From assembly GCA_005884705.1 (NCBI GenBank), contig VBAF01000063.1, positions 1 through 33,027 of the forward strand: a DNA stretch of 33,027 bases. The letters run 5' to 3'. Each line of letters opens with the position of its first letter. Positions within the stretch are counted from its first letter, which is position 1. Shown one piece after another: positions 16,448-25,033 of the stretch. This DNA comes from Alphaproteobacteria bacterium. Its GTDB lineage: Bacteria > Pseudomonadota > Alphaproteobacteria > Reyranellales > Reyranellaceae. The translations under genes and the position numbers were made by a program. The notes below the pieces were generated by a model that worked only from the letters and a program-made list of their open reading frames with translations, was not told where the DNA came from and searched no databases.

Positions 16448-16464
16448 AGGGCAGGCCGTACGTT
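16440..16464 (+). promoter_or_regulatory. Sigma-EcfG-type promoter
   Basis: GGAAC-N16-CGTT, 22 bp before ATG 16487. Confidence 0.75.
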
Positions 16465-16486
16465 CCCGAAGGACCAGGAGAAAATC

Positions 16487-16708
16487 ATGGCCAAATACTC
16501 GCGCAGCGCCGGCAAGGACGTGAAAAGCGCGCTGCACCGGCGCAAGAAGGGTTCGCTCAAGCGCGGCAAAGGCGGCACGGGCGGCTCGGTGAAGAGCAAG
16601 AAGCAGGCAATCGCCATCGGCCTCTCCGAGGCGCGCAAGAAGGGCAAGAAAGTGCCCAAGCGCAAATCGGCCAAGCGGAAGTCGGCCAAGCGCAAGTCCG
16701 GCAAGTAG
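16487..16708 (+). CDS. DUF6496-like small basic protein
   Basis: KVKSRKQAIAIGLSEAR-type motif (SVKSKKQAIAIGLSEARKKG); Lys/Arg-rich tail encoded by three 15-bp repeats at 16656-16700; AGGAG RBS. Confidence 0.88.
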   Translation: MAKYSRSAGKDVKSALHRRKKGSLKRGKGGTGGSVKSKKQAIAIGLSEARKKGKKVPKRKSAKRKSAKRKSGK

Positions 16709-16724
16709 CGCGCGGTGCCGCACC

Positions 16725-16750
16725 GGAACCATTCTCGGCGAGGCGACGTT
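16725..16750 (+). promoter_or_regulatory. Sigma-EcfG-type promoter
   Basis: GGAAC-N17-CGTT upstream of the small peptide and PPC genes. Confidence 0.75.
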
Positions 16751-16805
16751 AGGCCCTCCGTGAGGCGCGCATCCGCGTCATCCGATGACGGAGGTTCTGA
16801 TGGGT

Positions 16806-16883
16806 ATGGGTCGTGGCATCCTGCTCTGGCTGATCGGCATCCCGCTGCCGATCATCATCCTGCTGGCACTGTTCTGGCGATGA
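16806..16883 (+). CDS. 25-aa single-TM small protein (not in ORF track)
   Basis: MGRGILLWLIGIPLPIIILLALFWR*; GGAGG at 16790-16794; alternative ATG at 16800; ATGA overlap with the next gene; GC3-biased codons. Confidence 0.85.
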   Translation: MGRGILLWLIGIPLPIIILLALFWR

Positions 16884-17317
16884 AATCCCGGCTGGTCTGG
16901 GAGCAATCCGGCGAACGGACGTTCGTGGTCGTGCTCGACGCCGGCGACGAGGCGTTCGCGGCCATCACCGAGTTCGCCGACAAGAACCGGCTCGGCGGCG
17001 CGTCGCTCAGCGCCATCGGGGCGTTCGCGCGTGCGACCGTCGGCTGGTTCGACCTGCGTTCCAAGACCTACCGGCCGATCGAGATCGACGAGCAGTGCGA
17101 GGGGCTGACCTTGCTGGGCGACATTGCGGTCGGCGACGACGGCCGGGCGAGCGTCCACCTGCACGCCGTGCTCGGGCTGCGCGACGGCAGCACGCGCGGC
17201 GGGCATTTCCTCAAGGGCATCGTGCGCCCGACGCTCGAGGTCACCATCGTCGAGACACCGGTACAGCTGCGCCGCCGCAAGCAGCCGGGACTGGGAATCG
17301 CCCTGATCCAACCCTGA
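16880..17317 (+). CDS. PPC-domain (DUF296) protein
   Basis: VVLDAGDE, LSAIGAF, LLGDIA, VHLHAVLG, TRGGHF, PTLEV. Confidence 0.9.
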   Translation: MKSRLVWEQSGERTFVVVLDAGDEAFAAITEFADKNRLGGASLSAIGAFARATVGWFDLRSKTYRPIEIDEQCEGLTLLGDIAVGDDGRASVHLHAVLGLRDGSTRGGHFLKGIVRPTLEVTIVETPVQLRRRKQPGLGIALIQP

Positions 17318-17380
17318 GGCGTCTCCCGCCGGCCGAGGCAGGGTTCCATGGCCCGATACCGTCGGCGATTTCACTCTCCA

Positions 17381-17406
17381 GGAACAAGGGCTCCCGGCGG
17401 GCCGTT
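17381..17406 (+). promoter_or_regulatory. Sigma-EcfG-type promoter
   Basis: GGAAC-N17-CGTT upstream of the GGAGGAG RBS and ATG 17446. Confidence 0.75.
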
Positions 17407-17445
17407 ATCGGCCAGTCGAAACCCGTTCACGGAGGAGCTCCACGC

Positions 17446-18006
17446 ATGGCAAGCCGGCAGAAGAAGATGGACGCGATCGCGCTGCTGAAGGCGGATCATC
17501 GCAAGGTGGAGGACCTGTTCGCGCAGTTCGAGAAGGCGCGCGACCGGGACCGCAAGGAAAAGCTGGTCAAACAGATCTGCATGGAACTCTCGATCCACAC
17601 CATGATCGAGGAGGAGATCTTCTATCCGACCTGCGCCGGCCAGGTGAAGGACGACGACCTCCTCGAGGAAGCCTATGTCGAGCATGACGGCGCCAAGGTG
17701 CTGGTGGCCGAGCTCATGAACAGCGGGCCGGACAACGAGTTCTTCGACGCCAAGGTCCACGTGCTGTCGGAGATGATCAAGCATCACGTCAAGGAAGAGG
17801 AGAAGCGCTCCGAGGGCCTGTTCGCCGAGGCCAAGGACGCCGGCCTCGACATGGACGGGCTGGGCGAGCGGCTGATGCAGCGCAAGCAGGAGCTGATGGA
17901 GGAGTTCGCCGAGGGCGATAACCTGCCGGCGCCGCAGACCCGCAGCTTCACCGGCCACGAGCTGCAGCAGGGCAAGCCGATCGGGGCCGGCCAAGCCGCC
18001 GACTGA
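17446..18006 (+). CDS. Hemerythrin/HHE cation-binding domain protein
   Basis: DAIALLKADHRKVEDLF, HTMIEEEIFYP, EHDGAK, HHVKEEE. Confidence 0.93.
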   Translation: MASRQKKMDAIALLKADHRKVEDLFAQFEKARDRDRKEKLVKQICMELSIHTMIEEEIFYPTCAGQVKDDDLLEEAYVEHDGAKVLVAELMNSGPDNEFFDAKVHVLSEMIKHHVKEEEKRSEGLFAEAKDAGLDMDGLGERLMQRKQELMEEFAEGDNLPAPQTRSFTGHELQQGKPIGAGQAAD

Positions 18007-18042
18007 GCCCGCCGACTAAGCCCGATCGAGACCGCAAATTGC

Positions 18043-18079
18043 ATCCCGCGCGGTTGGACTCCGCGCGGGATTCCTTTTT
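18043..18079 (+). terminator. Rho-independent terminator after the hemerythrin gene
   Basis: ATCCCGCGCGG-ttggact-CCGCGCGGGAT followed by TCCTTTTT. Confidence 0.75.
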
Positions 18080-18130
18080 GCGGCCCGTCGATTCGGACGT
18101 ATGCTGATCGAGGTCCTCCGGGGAGCAGGC

Positions 18131-18355
18131 ATGCGACAGTGGGTGGTGGTAGCAGCGCTTCTGGTCAGCGCCCTGATCGTCACGTTTGCCACGGCGAGCA
18201 TCCTGCAGGGCATGGCGATCGCCAAGCGCACGATCGTCGCCGAGCCGTTCGCCGTCGAGAAGACTACACCCGCGATCACGCTAACGCGCCCGTCCCGCAC
18301 CGAGCCGGCGGGTGGCCGCAGCCTCGTCCTCACCGGCAGGCACGCCGAGATGTGA
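18131..18355 (+). CDS. Hypothetical small protein with N-terminal TM or signal anchor
   Basis: GGAG RBS; MRQWVVVAALLVSALIVTFATASIL; followed by a terminator. Alternative ATG at 18101. Confidence 0.6.
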   Translation: MRQWVVVAALLVSALIVTFATASILQGMAIAKRTIVAEPFAVEKTTPAITLTRPSRTEPAGGRSLVLTGRHAEM

Positions 18356-18375
18356 GCGACAGGGACTTGAGCAAC

Positions 18376-18404
18376 AAAAAAGCCGCGGGGCTCCGCGGCT
18401 TTTT
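18376..18404. terminator. Bidirectional rho-independent terminator (petABC and the small ORF)
   Basis: AAAAAAGCCGCGG-ggct-CCGCGGCTTTTT between convergent genes. Confidence 0.9.
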
Positions 18405-18425
18405 CGTTTCGAGCGTCTGGCCGCC

Positions 18426-19208
18426 TCAGTGCTTGTCGGCCCACACTTGGCGCTTCACGCCATACATCAGGCCGGCGAAGGCCAGCAGGAAGAGAATGAC
18501 GCGGATACCGGTTCGGTTGCGCGCCTCGAGATGCGGCTCCGACGCCCAGGCGAGGAACTCGACGACGTCGCGCACCTCCTGGTCGAGCGTGGCCTTGGTG
18601 CCGTCGACATAGCTCACCTTGTCGTCGGTGAGCGGCGGCGGCATCGCGATACGATGGCCCGGGAAGTAGAGATTGAAGTTGTCGTCCTTGCCGACAGCGA
18701 ACTCCTTGATCTGGGCCGGCGTCAGCTTGTCGTTCGGCACGTAGCCGGTCAGCAGCGAATAGATGTAGTCCGCCCCACCCTCGCGCGCCTTGACGATGAC
18801 GCTGAGGTCGGGCGGCGCCTTGCCGCCGTTGGCGGCGGCGGCGGCCAAGTCATTGGCGAACGGCTTCTTGAAGCGATCCGACGGCCGGGCCGGGCGCTCG
18901 ATCGCCGAGCCGTCGTCGCCGATGTCGGGCACCTGGACCTCGGCCGCGATGCCCTTGACCTGCGCCTCGGTCAGGCCGAGCTCCGTCAGGTTGCGGTAGG
19001 ACAGCAGCGACAGCGAATGGCAGGCCGCGCAGACTTCCTTGTAGACTTGGAAGCCGCGCTGCGCGGAGGCCCGGTCGTAGGTGCCGAACGGGCCGGTGAA
19101 GTGCCAGTGCTGATGCTTCAGCGGGATGTGGCCCTCGGCCGCGATGGCGACCGCGCCGAGGCCGAGCGCTGCGAGCGCGACCGCGCCCGAAACCAGGATC
19201 CTGCGCAT
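18426..19208 (-). CDS. petC: Cytochrome c1
   Basis: Signal peptide, QRGFQVYKEVCAACH, AAAANGGKAPPDLS, IAMPPPL, C-terminal TM. Confidence 0.97.
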   Translation of the reverse strand: MRRILVSGAVALAALGLGAVAIAAEGHIPLKHQHWHFTGPFGTYDRASAQRGFQVYKEVCAACHSLSLLSYRNLTELGLTEAQVKGIAAEVQVPDIGDDGSAIERPARPSDRFKKPFANDLAAAAANGGKAPPDLSVIVKAREGGADYIYSLLTGYVPNDKLTPAQIKEFAVGKDDNFNLYFPGHRIAMPPPLTDDKVSYVDGTKATLDQEVRDVVEFLAWASEPHLEARNRTGIRVILFLLAFAGLMYGVKRQVWADKH

Positions 19209-19212
19209 CGGC

Positions 19213-20475
19213 CTATACCGCCTTCTTCTTGAGCACCGCGTCGGCGATGCTGGGCGGCATGGGGAGAGGCCGTTCGATCTTGCCCAGGACCGGCAGCAGC
19301 ACGAGGAAGTGGAAGAAGTAGTAGAGCGTGCCGACGCGTGCCACCGCGAGCAAGGGCACTTTGATCAGACCTAGATCGAGGACGGCATCGGGCGAATGCG
19401 CGCCGCAATAACCGAGCACCAGCGCATCGATCACCAGCACGAACACGAACCACTTGTAGATCGGCCGGAAGGTGCAGGAGCGCACCCGGCTTGTGTCGAG
19501 CCAGGGCAACACGAACAGCACCGCGATCGAGCCGAACATCGCGATCACGCCGCCCAGCTTGTCGGGGATGGCGCGCAGGATGGCGTAGAACGGCAGCAGG
19601 TACCATTCCGGCACGATCTCGTTGGGCGTCACCAACGGGTTGGCCGGCACGTAGTTGACCGGCTCACCCAGCAGATTGGGGGCGAAGAACACGAAGCCGG
19701 CATAGATGATCATGAAGATCGTGAGCCCGAAGCCGTCCTTCATCGTGTAGTAGGGATGGAACGGCACGGTGTCCTGCGGGCCCTTCGGGTCGATGCCGAG
19801 CGGGTTGTTGGAGCCGTGCACGTGCAGCGCCACGACATGCAGCGCCACCACCGCGACGATGATGAACGGCAGCAGGTAGTGCAGCGCGAAGAAGCGGTTG
19901 AGCGTCGGGTTGTCGACCGCGAAGCCGCCCCACAGCCAGGTGACGACCGATTCGCCGACCAGCGGGATCGCCGAGAACAGATTGGTGATGACGGTGGCGC
20001 CCCAGAAGCTCATCTGGCCCCACGGCAGCACGTAGCCGAGGAAGGCGGTCGCCATCATCAGCAGCAGGATGACCACGCCCAGGATCCAGAGCAGCTCGCG
20101 CGGCGCCTTGTAGGAGCCGTAGTAGAGGCCGCGGAAGATGTGGATGTAGACGGCGACGAAGAAGAACGACGCGCCGGTCATGTGCATGTAGCGCATCATC
20201 CAGCCCGACGGCACGTCGCGCATGATGCGCTCGACCGAGTCGAAGGCGAGCTCCGAGTTGGGCTGGTAGTTCATCGCCAGCACGATGCCGGTGACGATCA
20301 TCAGCACCAGCATGACCGTGGCAATCGCGCCGAAATTCCAGAAATAGTTGAAATTCCTCGGTGTCGGGAAGTGGTGATATTCCTTCTCGATATACGAGAA
20401 GATCGGCAGGCGGTAATCGATCCAGGCGATCACCTTATTGTTGAAGACCGGCGGAGCGCCGTGCTGCGAAGCCAT
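19213..20475 (-). CDS. petB: Cytochrome b
   Basis: [56 protein letters not shown]. Confidence 0.98.
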   Translation of the reverse strand: MASQHGAPPVFNNKVIAWIDYRLPIFSYIEKEYHHFPTPRNFNYFWNFGAIATVMLVLMIVTGIVLAMNYQPNSELAFDSVERIMRDVPSGWMMRYMHMTGASFFFVAVYIHIFRGLYYGSYKAPRELLWILGVVILLLMMATAFLGYVLPWGQMSFWGATVITNLFSAIPLVGESVVTWLWGGFAVDNPTLNRFFALHYLLPFIIVAVVALHVVALHVHGSNNPLGIDPKGPQDTVPFHPYYTMKDGFGLTIFMIIYAGFVFFAPNLLGEPVNYVPANPLVTPNEIVPEWYLLPFYAILRAIPDKLGGVIAMFGSIAVLFVLPWLDTSRVRSCTFRPIYKWFVFVLVIDALVLGYCGAHSPDAVLDLGLIKVPLLAVARVGTLYYFFHFLVLLPVLGKIERPLPMPPSIADAVLKKKAV

Positions 20476-20494
20476 CGTTTAACTCCCCGGGCGT

Positions 20495-21025
20495 TCAGCC
20501 GATTTTGACGAGCGTGTCGGAGCTGAACAGGTAGTCCGGCACCTCGAGATTCTTGGGCGCGGGTCCTTTGCGGATGCGGCCCGACGTGTCGTACTGCGAG
20601 CCATGGCACGGGCAGTACCAGCCACCGTATTCACCGCGCGGATCGCCCTGCTTGCCAATCAGGATCAGCCACTCCGGCCGTACCTTCTTGGCGGTGTCGG
20701 TGACGCGCGAATTGTCGGTCTGCGGGTCGGGCAAGTCGACGAGCTTGACCGCGTCGGCTTCCTTGATCTCCTCAGGCGTGCGATGGCGGATGAACACCGG
20801 CTTGCCGCGCCACTTCACCGTGATCGCCTGGCCGACGGCGATCGCCTTTACGTCGACCTCGACCGAGGACAGCGCCAGCGTGTCGGCCGCCGGATTGAGG
20901 TTGTCGATGAACGGCCAGGCGGTGGCGATGCCGCCGACCGCCGCCAGGGCGCCAGTCGCGACCATGAGGAAGTCGCGCCGCGTCGGATCGCCGTGGGCGT
21001 CGGCCGGGATGCTGGAAGAAGCCAT
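20495..21025 (-). CDS. petA: Ubiquinol-cytochrome c reductase Rieske Fe-S subunit, lacking the CTHLGC box as sequenced
   Basis: Tat motif [35 protein letters not shown]; box I is absent between LIG and KQG. Confidence 0.93.
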   Translation of the reverse strand: MASSSIPADAHGDPTRRDFLMVATGALAAVGGIATAWPFIDNLNPAADTLALSSVEVDVKAIAVGQAITVKWRGKPVFIRHRTPEEIKEADAVKLVDLPDPQTDNSRVTDTAKKVRPEWLILIGKQGDPRGEYGGWYCPCHGSQYDTSGRIRKGPAPKNLEVPDYLFSSDTLVKIG

Positions 21026-21179
21026 TGCGAGTTACGTCCCCCGAGGAGTTAAGGCTTATAGCCGAGAAAGCGCCTTTTGTTTCAAGGCCCTGTGTGGTCG
21101 CAGGCGGGGGTGATTCGAATCTGTGACAGCCTGTCGCATGAGGGGCTTCCGCGTCGCGGACGCCCGGAGGAAGAAAACG

Positions 21180-21638
21180 ATGCGCCTTGCACTTTACCAG
21201 CCCGATATACCGCAGAATCTCGGCGCTTTCATTCGCCTGGCCGCCTGCCTGGGCGTCACGCTCGACATCATCGAGCCCTGTGGCTTCCCGGTCGACGACC
21301 GGCGCATCCGGCGTGCGGCGATGGATTACGTCGATCTGGCCCGCCTCCGCCGCCACGCCTCGTGGGACGCCTTCCGGCGTGAGCGCGATGGCGGACGGCT
21401 GGTGCTGCTGACGACGGCCGGTGCCACCACCCTGCCCGAGGCGCGCTTTTGCCGCGACGACATCCTGCTGCTCGGCCGCGAAAGCGCCGGCGTGCCGGCC
21501 GAAATCCACGCGGCGGCGGACCTGCGGGTCCGCGTGCCCCTGCAGAAGGGCGCGCGCTCGCTCAATGTCGCGCTGGCCGCGGCGATGGTATTGAGCGAGG
21601 CGCTGCGCCAAACCGACGGATACCAAGCCCTCGCATGA
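21180..21638 (+). CDS. trmL: tRNA (cytidine34-2'-O)-methyltransferase
   Basis: [42 protein letters not shown]. Confidence 0.93.
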   Translation: MRLALYQPDIPQNLGAFIRLAACLGVTLDIIEPCGFPVDDRRIRRAAMDYVDLARLRRHASWDAFRRERDGGRLVLLTTAGATTLPEARFCRDDILLLGRESAGVPAEIHAAADLRVRVPLQKGARSLNVALAAAMVLSEALRQTDGYQALA

Positions 21639-22501
21639 CCGAGACAGATCAACGCAAAGCCGACACGCGCGCCTGGTTCGAAGCCCTGCGCGACCGCATC
21701 TGCGCCTGTTTCGAGCAGATCGAGACCGAGCTCAGCGGAACCAACCGCGAGCTGCCGGCCGGCCGCTTCGAGCGCAAGGCCTGGCAGCGCGACCGCGGCG
21801 AGGCGGGCGAGGACCGCGGCGGCGGCGTGATGTCGATCATGCGCGGCCGCGTGTTCGAGAAGGTCGGCGTCAACGTCTCGACGGTGTACGGCGAGTTCAG
21901 CCCGGAGTTCCGCAAGCAGATCCCCGGCGCCGAGCAGGACCCGCGCTTCCACGCCTCGGGCATCTCGCTGGTCGCGCACCTGCGCTCGCCCAAGGTGCCG
22001 GCGGTGCACATGAACACCCGCTTCATCGTCACCACCAAGTCGTGGTTCGGCGGCGGCGCCGACCTGACGCCGATGGTGCCGCGCGAGGACGACACGGGCG
22101 CCTTCCACGCGGCGCTGAAGGCGGCCTGCGACTCAGCCGGCGCCGACTACTACGCGCGCTTCAAGCAATGGTGCGACGAATATTTCTTCCTGCCGCACCG
22201 CGGCGAGGCGCGCGGCGTCGGCGGCATCTTCTACGACTATCTCGACAGCGGCGACTTCGCCGCCGACTTCGGCTTCACCCGCGGCGTCGGCGAGGCCTTC
22301 CTCGACGCCTATCCGAAGATCGTGCGACAGCACATGAACGAGCCGTGGACCGCCGCCGAGCGCGAGCATCAGCTGGTGCGGCGCGGCCGCTACGTCGAGT
22401 TCAACCTGCTGCACGACCGCGGCACCAAGTTCGGCCTGATGACCGGCGGCAATGTCGAGGCGATCCTCATGTCCCTTCCGCCCGAGGCGCGCTGGCCCTG
22501 A
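21635..22501 (+). CDS. hemF: Oxygen-dependent coproporphyrinogen III oxidase
   Basis: [58 protein letters not shown]. Confidence 0.97.
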   Translation: MTETDQRKADTRAWFEALRDRICACFEQIETELSGTNRELPAGRFERKAWQRDRGEAGEDRGGGVMSIMRGRVFEKVGVNVSTVYGEFSPEFRKQIPGAEQDPRFHASGISLVAHLRSPKVPAVHMNTRFIVTTKSWFGGGADLTPMVPREDDTGAFHAALKAACDSAGADYYARFKQWCDEYFFLPHRGEARGVGGIFYDYLDSGDFAADFGFTRGVGEAFLDAYPKIVRQHMNEPWTAAEREHQLVRRGRYVEFNLLHDRGTKFGLMTGGNVEAILMSLPPEARWP

Positions 22502-22889
22502 CGAGCCAGCCCGCGGCCAGCGGCGCGACGCAGAGGCCGGCGACCAGCAACAGATAGGGCGCACCCCACCACAAGGCGAAGCGGTCGAGGAATTCCTCGG
22601 AGTCCATGCCGAAAGTGAGACGGCCGTAGAGGAAATCGATCAGCACCGTGGTCGGCGGCCACAGCAGCGCGGCGAGCAGCGCCGCCTCCAACCATCGCGG
22701 CCCGGCGGTGCGGCGGGCGTGGATCGCCGCCATCAGCGCCACATAGGGCAACGGCACCAGCACCTTGTACCATTCGACCGCCAGCACCGGCAGGCGGTCG
22801 GCGATCCAGGTATCGCCGACCACGTTGTTGACCAGCAGCAGCACGGCGATCGCGAGCCACAGCGCCAACGTCACGCCCGGCCGGATCAT
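22467..22889 (-). CDS. Hypothetical membrane protein (about 4 TM)
   Basis: [20 protein letters not shown]...; ATGA coupling to the cca stop; convergent 35-nt overlap with hemF. Confidence 0.75.
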   Translation of the reverse strand: MIRPGVTLALWLAIAVLLLVNNVVGDTWIADRLPVLAVEWYKVLVPLPYVALMAAIHARRTAGPRWLEAALLAALLWPPTTVLIDFLYGRLTFGMDSEEFLDRFALWWGAPYLLLVAGLCVAPLAAGWLVRASAPRAEGT

Positions 22890-24094
22890 GCCGCGGCCAC
22901 CAACCGTTCGAGCTCGGCGAGACAGGCGGCACGGTCGGCCGTGAAGTCGCCGGCGATCCACCAGCGCTCGACCGCATCGATCAGGGTGCCGACCTTCGGA
23001 CCGGGCTTGAGGCCGAGCTTCAGGGCGTCGCCGCCGCTCACCGGCAGCTCGGGCGGCGTCCAGCCGCGCGCCAGGGCGAGTGCTGCGCGCCAGTCGCCGG
23101 GCCGATCGATCGCCAGCAGGAGGCGGTCGGCATAGAGGCCGTTGCCCAGCCGGTAGATGCCGGCGCGCCACGCGCGCGGGCCGCCGGCAATGTCGATCGC
23201 CGGTTCGCGCGCGAGCATCACCTCGAGGCGCAGCGTCTCCTGGGTCGAGAGCTTCAGCCGCTTGCCGATCGCGACCGCACCGGCATCGGCGGGCAGGATC
23301 GCCGCCAGCCGGCGCAGGCCGTCGGCTTCGTCCTCGCGCGCCATCAGGGCGCGCAGGCGCGTCGAGCCGGCGTACTCGGGCAGCCAATGATCGAGCACGC
23401 CCGCCTCGCGCATGGCATCGACGGCATCGGCCGCGCCCGGCGCCGCCAGGGTGCGCAGCAGCTCCTTGCGCACGCGCTCGCCCGACAGGCCGACCAGCGT
23501 CGCGGCGTTGCGCGCGCAGGCCTGGTAGCCCGCGCCATCGAGCGGCGGCCGGCCGTACCAGGCGTGGAAGCGGAAGAAGCGCAGCACGCGCAGGCGATCC
23601 TCGGCGATGCGCGTGTCGGCATCGCCGATGAAGCGCACCCGGCCCGCGGCAAGATCGGCGCGGCCATCGAACGGATCGTAGAGCGTGCCGTCGCGATCGG
23701 CATAGAGCGCGTTGAAGGTGAAGTCGCGACGGCCCGCATCCTCAAGCCAGTCGTCGGTGAAGGCGACGACGGCGCGGCGGCCATCGGTCTCGACGTCGCG
23801 CCGCAGCGTCGTCAATTCAAAGACGCGGCTGTCGGCGATCGCCGTCACCGTGCCGTGCTTCAGCCCGGTCGGCACGACCTTGATCTTCGCCGCCTCGAGC
23901 GCGCGCATCACCGTCTCGGGCGGCTTGTCGACAGCGAGGTCGAGATCGTCGATCGGCCGGTCCAGCACGGCGTTGCGCACGCAGCCGCCGACAAAGCGCG
24001 CCGTGATGCCGGCCGCGCCGAGGGCGGCGAACAGGCGCTCGGTCGGCGCCTCGGCCATCCACGCCGGCGGCGCGATTTTTGCCGCAGCGATCAT
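22886..24094 (-). CDS. cca: CCA tRNA nucleotidyltransferase / poly(A) polymerase family
   Basis: FVGGCVRN, DLD, TGLKHGTVT, TTLRRDVETDGR, RRDFTFNALY, EDRLRVLRFFRF. Confidence 0.92.
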   Translation of the reverse strand: MIAAAKIAPPAWMAEAPTERLFAALGAAGITARFVGGCVRNAVLDRPIDDLDLAVDKPPETVMRALEAAKIKVVPTGLKHGTVTAIADSRVFELTTLRRDVETDGRRAVVAFTDDWLEDAGRRDFTFNALYADRDGTLYDPFDGRADLAAGRVRFIGDADTRIAEDRLRVLRFFRFHAWYGRPPLDGAGYQACARNAATLVGLSGERVRKELLRTLAAPGAADAVDAMREAGVLDHWLPEYAGSTRLRALMAREDEADGLRRLAAILPADAGAVAIGKRLKLSTQETLRLEVMLAREPAIDIAGGPRAWRAGIYRLGNGLYADRLLLAIDRPGDWRAALALARGWTPPELPVSGGDALKLGLKPGPKVGTLIDAVERWWIAGDFTADRAACLAELERLVAAA

Positions 24095-24324
24095 GGGGCG
24101 AACAGCCCGCCGTACCCCTGGTTCTGGGTGAAGAACATGACGAGGAAGCCGGCGATGGCGCAGGCCAGCCCGGCGATGGCCAGCCAGGTGAGCGGCATGT
24201 CCTGCCAGGCCGGCAGGGTGCCGGCGAGCTTGCGCTCCTCCTTGATCCTGGCCGCCCAGGCCCACAGGAAGAACGCCGCGGTCGGCGCCGTCACCAACAC
24301 GAGGACCAGCAGGACGATGCGCAT
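24091..24324 (-). CDS. DUF6111-like small membrane protein
   Basis: 77 aa with 2 TM, in the usual position between the CoA pyrophosphatase and cca; ATGA coupling. Confidence 0.7.
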   Translation of the reverse strand: MRIVLLVLVLVTAPTAAFFLWAWAARIKEERKLAGTLPAWQDMPLTWLAIAGLACAIAGFLVMFFTQNQGYGGLFAP

Positions 24325-24341
24325 TGAATCCCTTCGGGCGC

Positions 24342-24977
24342 CTAGGCCGGCGCCGTTTCCTTCGCCGTCAGGATGAAGTGCAGGTTCTTCAGCATGCCGG
24401 CGGTCGCACCCCAGATGTAACGCTCGCCATAGGGCATGGCATAGTAGCGCCGCTCCCGGCCCTGGTACTGGCGGCTATCGAGCTTGTGATTGACCTCGTC
24501 GAGGAAGTGCTCGAGCGGCACCTCGAACACGTCGGCCACTTCGCGCGGATCCGCACGAACGGTGAAGCCCGGCGTCACGATGCCGACGATCGGCGTGATC
24601 TCGAAGCCGGTGCCGGTGCGATAGAGATCGACCGCGCCCACGACGTCGATGAAGCGGTCGCCGATGCCGACCTCCTCCTCGGTCTCGCGCAGCGCCGCGG
24701 CGACGGCGTCCTCGCCGGCCTGGCGCCGGCCGCCGGGGAAGGCGATCTGGCCGGCATGGCTCGGCATGTCGGCGGTGCGCTGGGTCAGCAGCACAGTCAC
24801 GCCCTCGGCGTGGCTGACCAGCGGCACCAGCACCGCGGCCGGCTTCCACGTCTGCGGCACCGGCACGACACCGCTCAGCGAGAAGTCGCTGCCGATCGGC
24901 GGCGCAGGTACGGGCAAACCGGATGCCAACCGGGTACTTCTGTCACGCACCCGGCGCACAATTTCTTCAACTGTCAT
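24342..24977 (-). CDS. nudL: Nudix CoA pyrophosphatase
   Basis: AAVLVPL, LLTQR...HAGQIAFPGG, Nudix box AALRETEEEVG, IWGATAGML. Confidence 0.92.
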   Translation of the reverse strand: MTVEEIVRRVRDRSTRLASGLPVPAPPIGSDFSLSGVVPVPQTWKPAAVLVPLVSHAEGVTVLLTQRTADMPSHAGQIAFPGGRRQAGEDAVAAALRETEEEVGIGDRFIDVVGAVDLYRTGTGFEITPIVGIVTPGFTVRADPREVADVFEVPLEHFLDEVNHKLDSRQYQGRERRYYAMPYGERYIWGATAGMLKNLHFILTAKETAPA

Positions 24978-25033
24978 GCCCTTGTTCCGGCCTCAATTCT
25001 GGGCTTCCCTGAAACACAATCCCCATCGATAGC

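Noticed and set aside
17325-17347. Minus-strand GGAAC as a fifth EcfG promoter
   Set aside because: No CGTT-like -10 element at 16-17 bp spacing.
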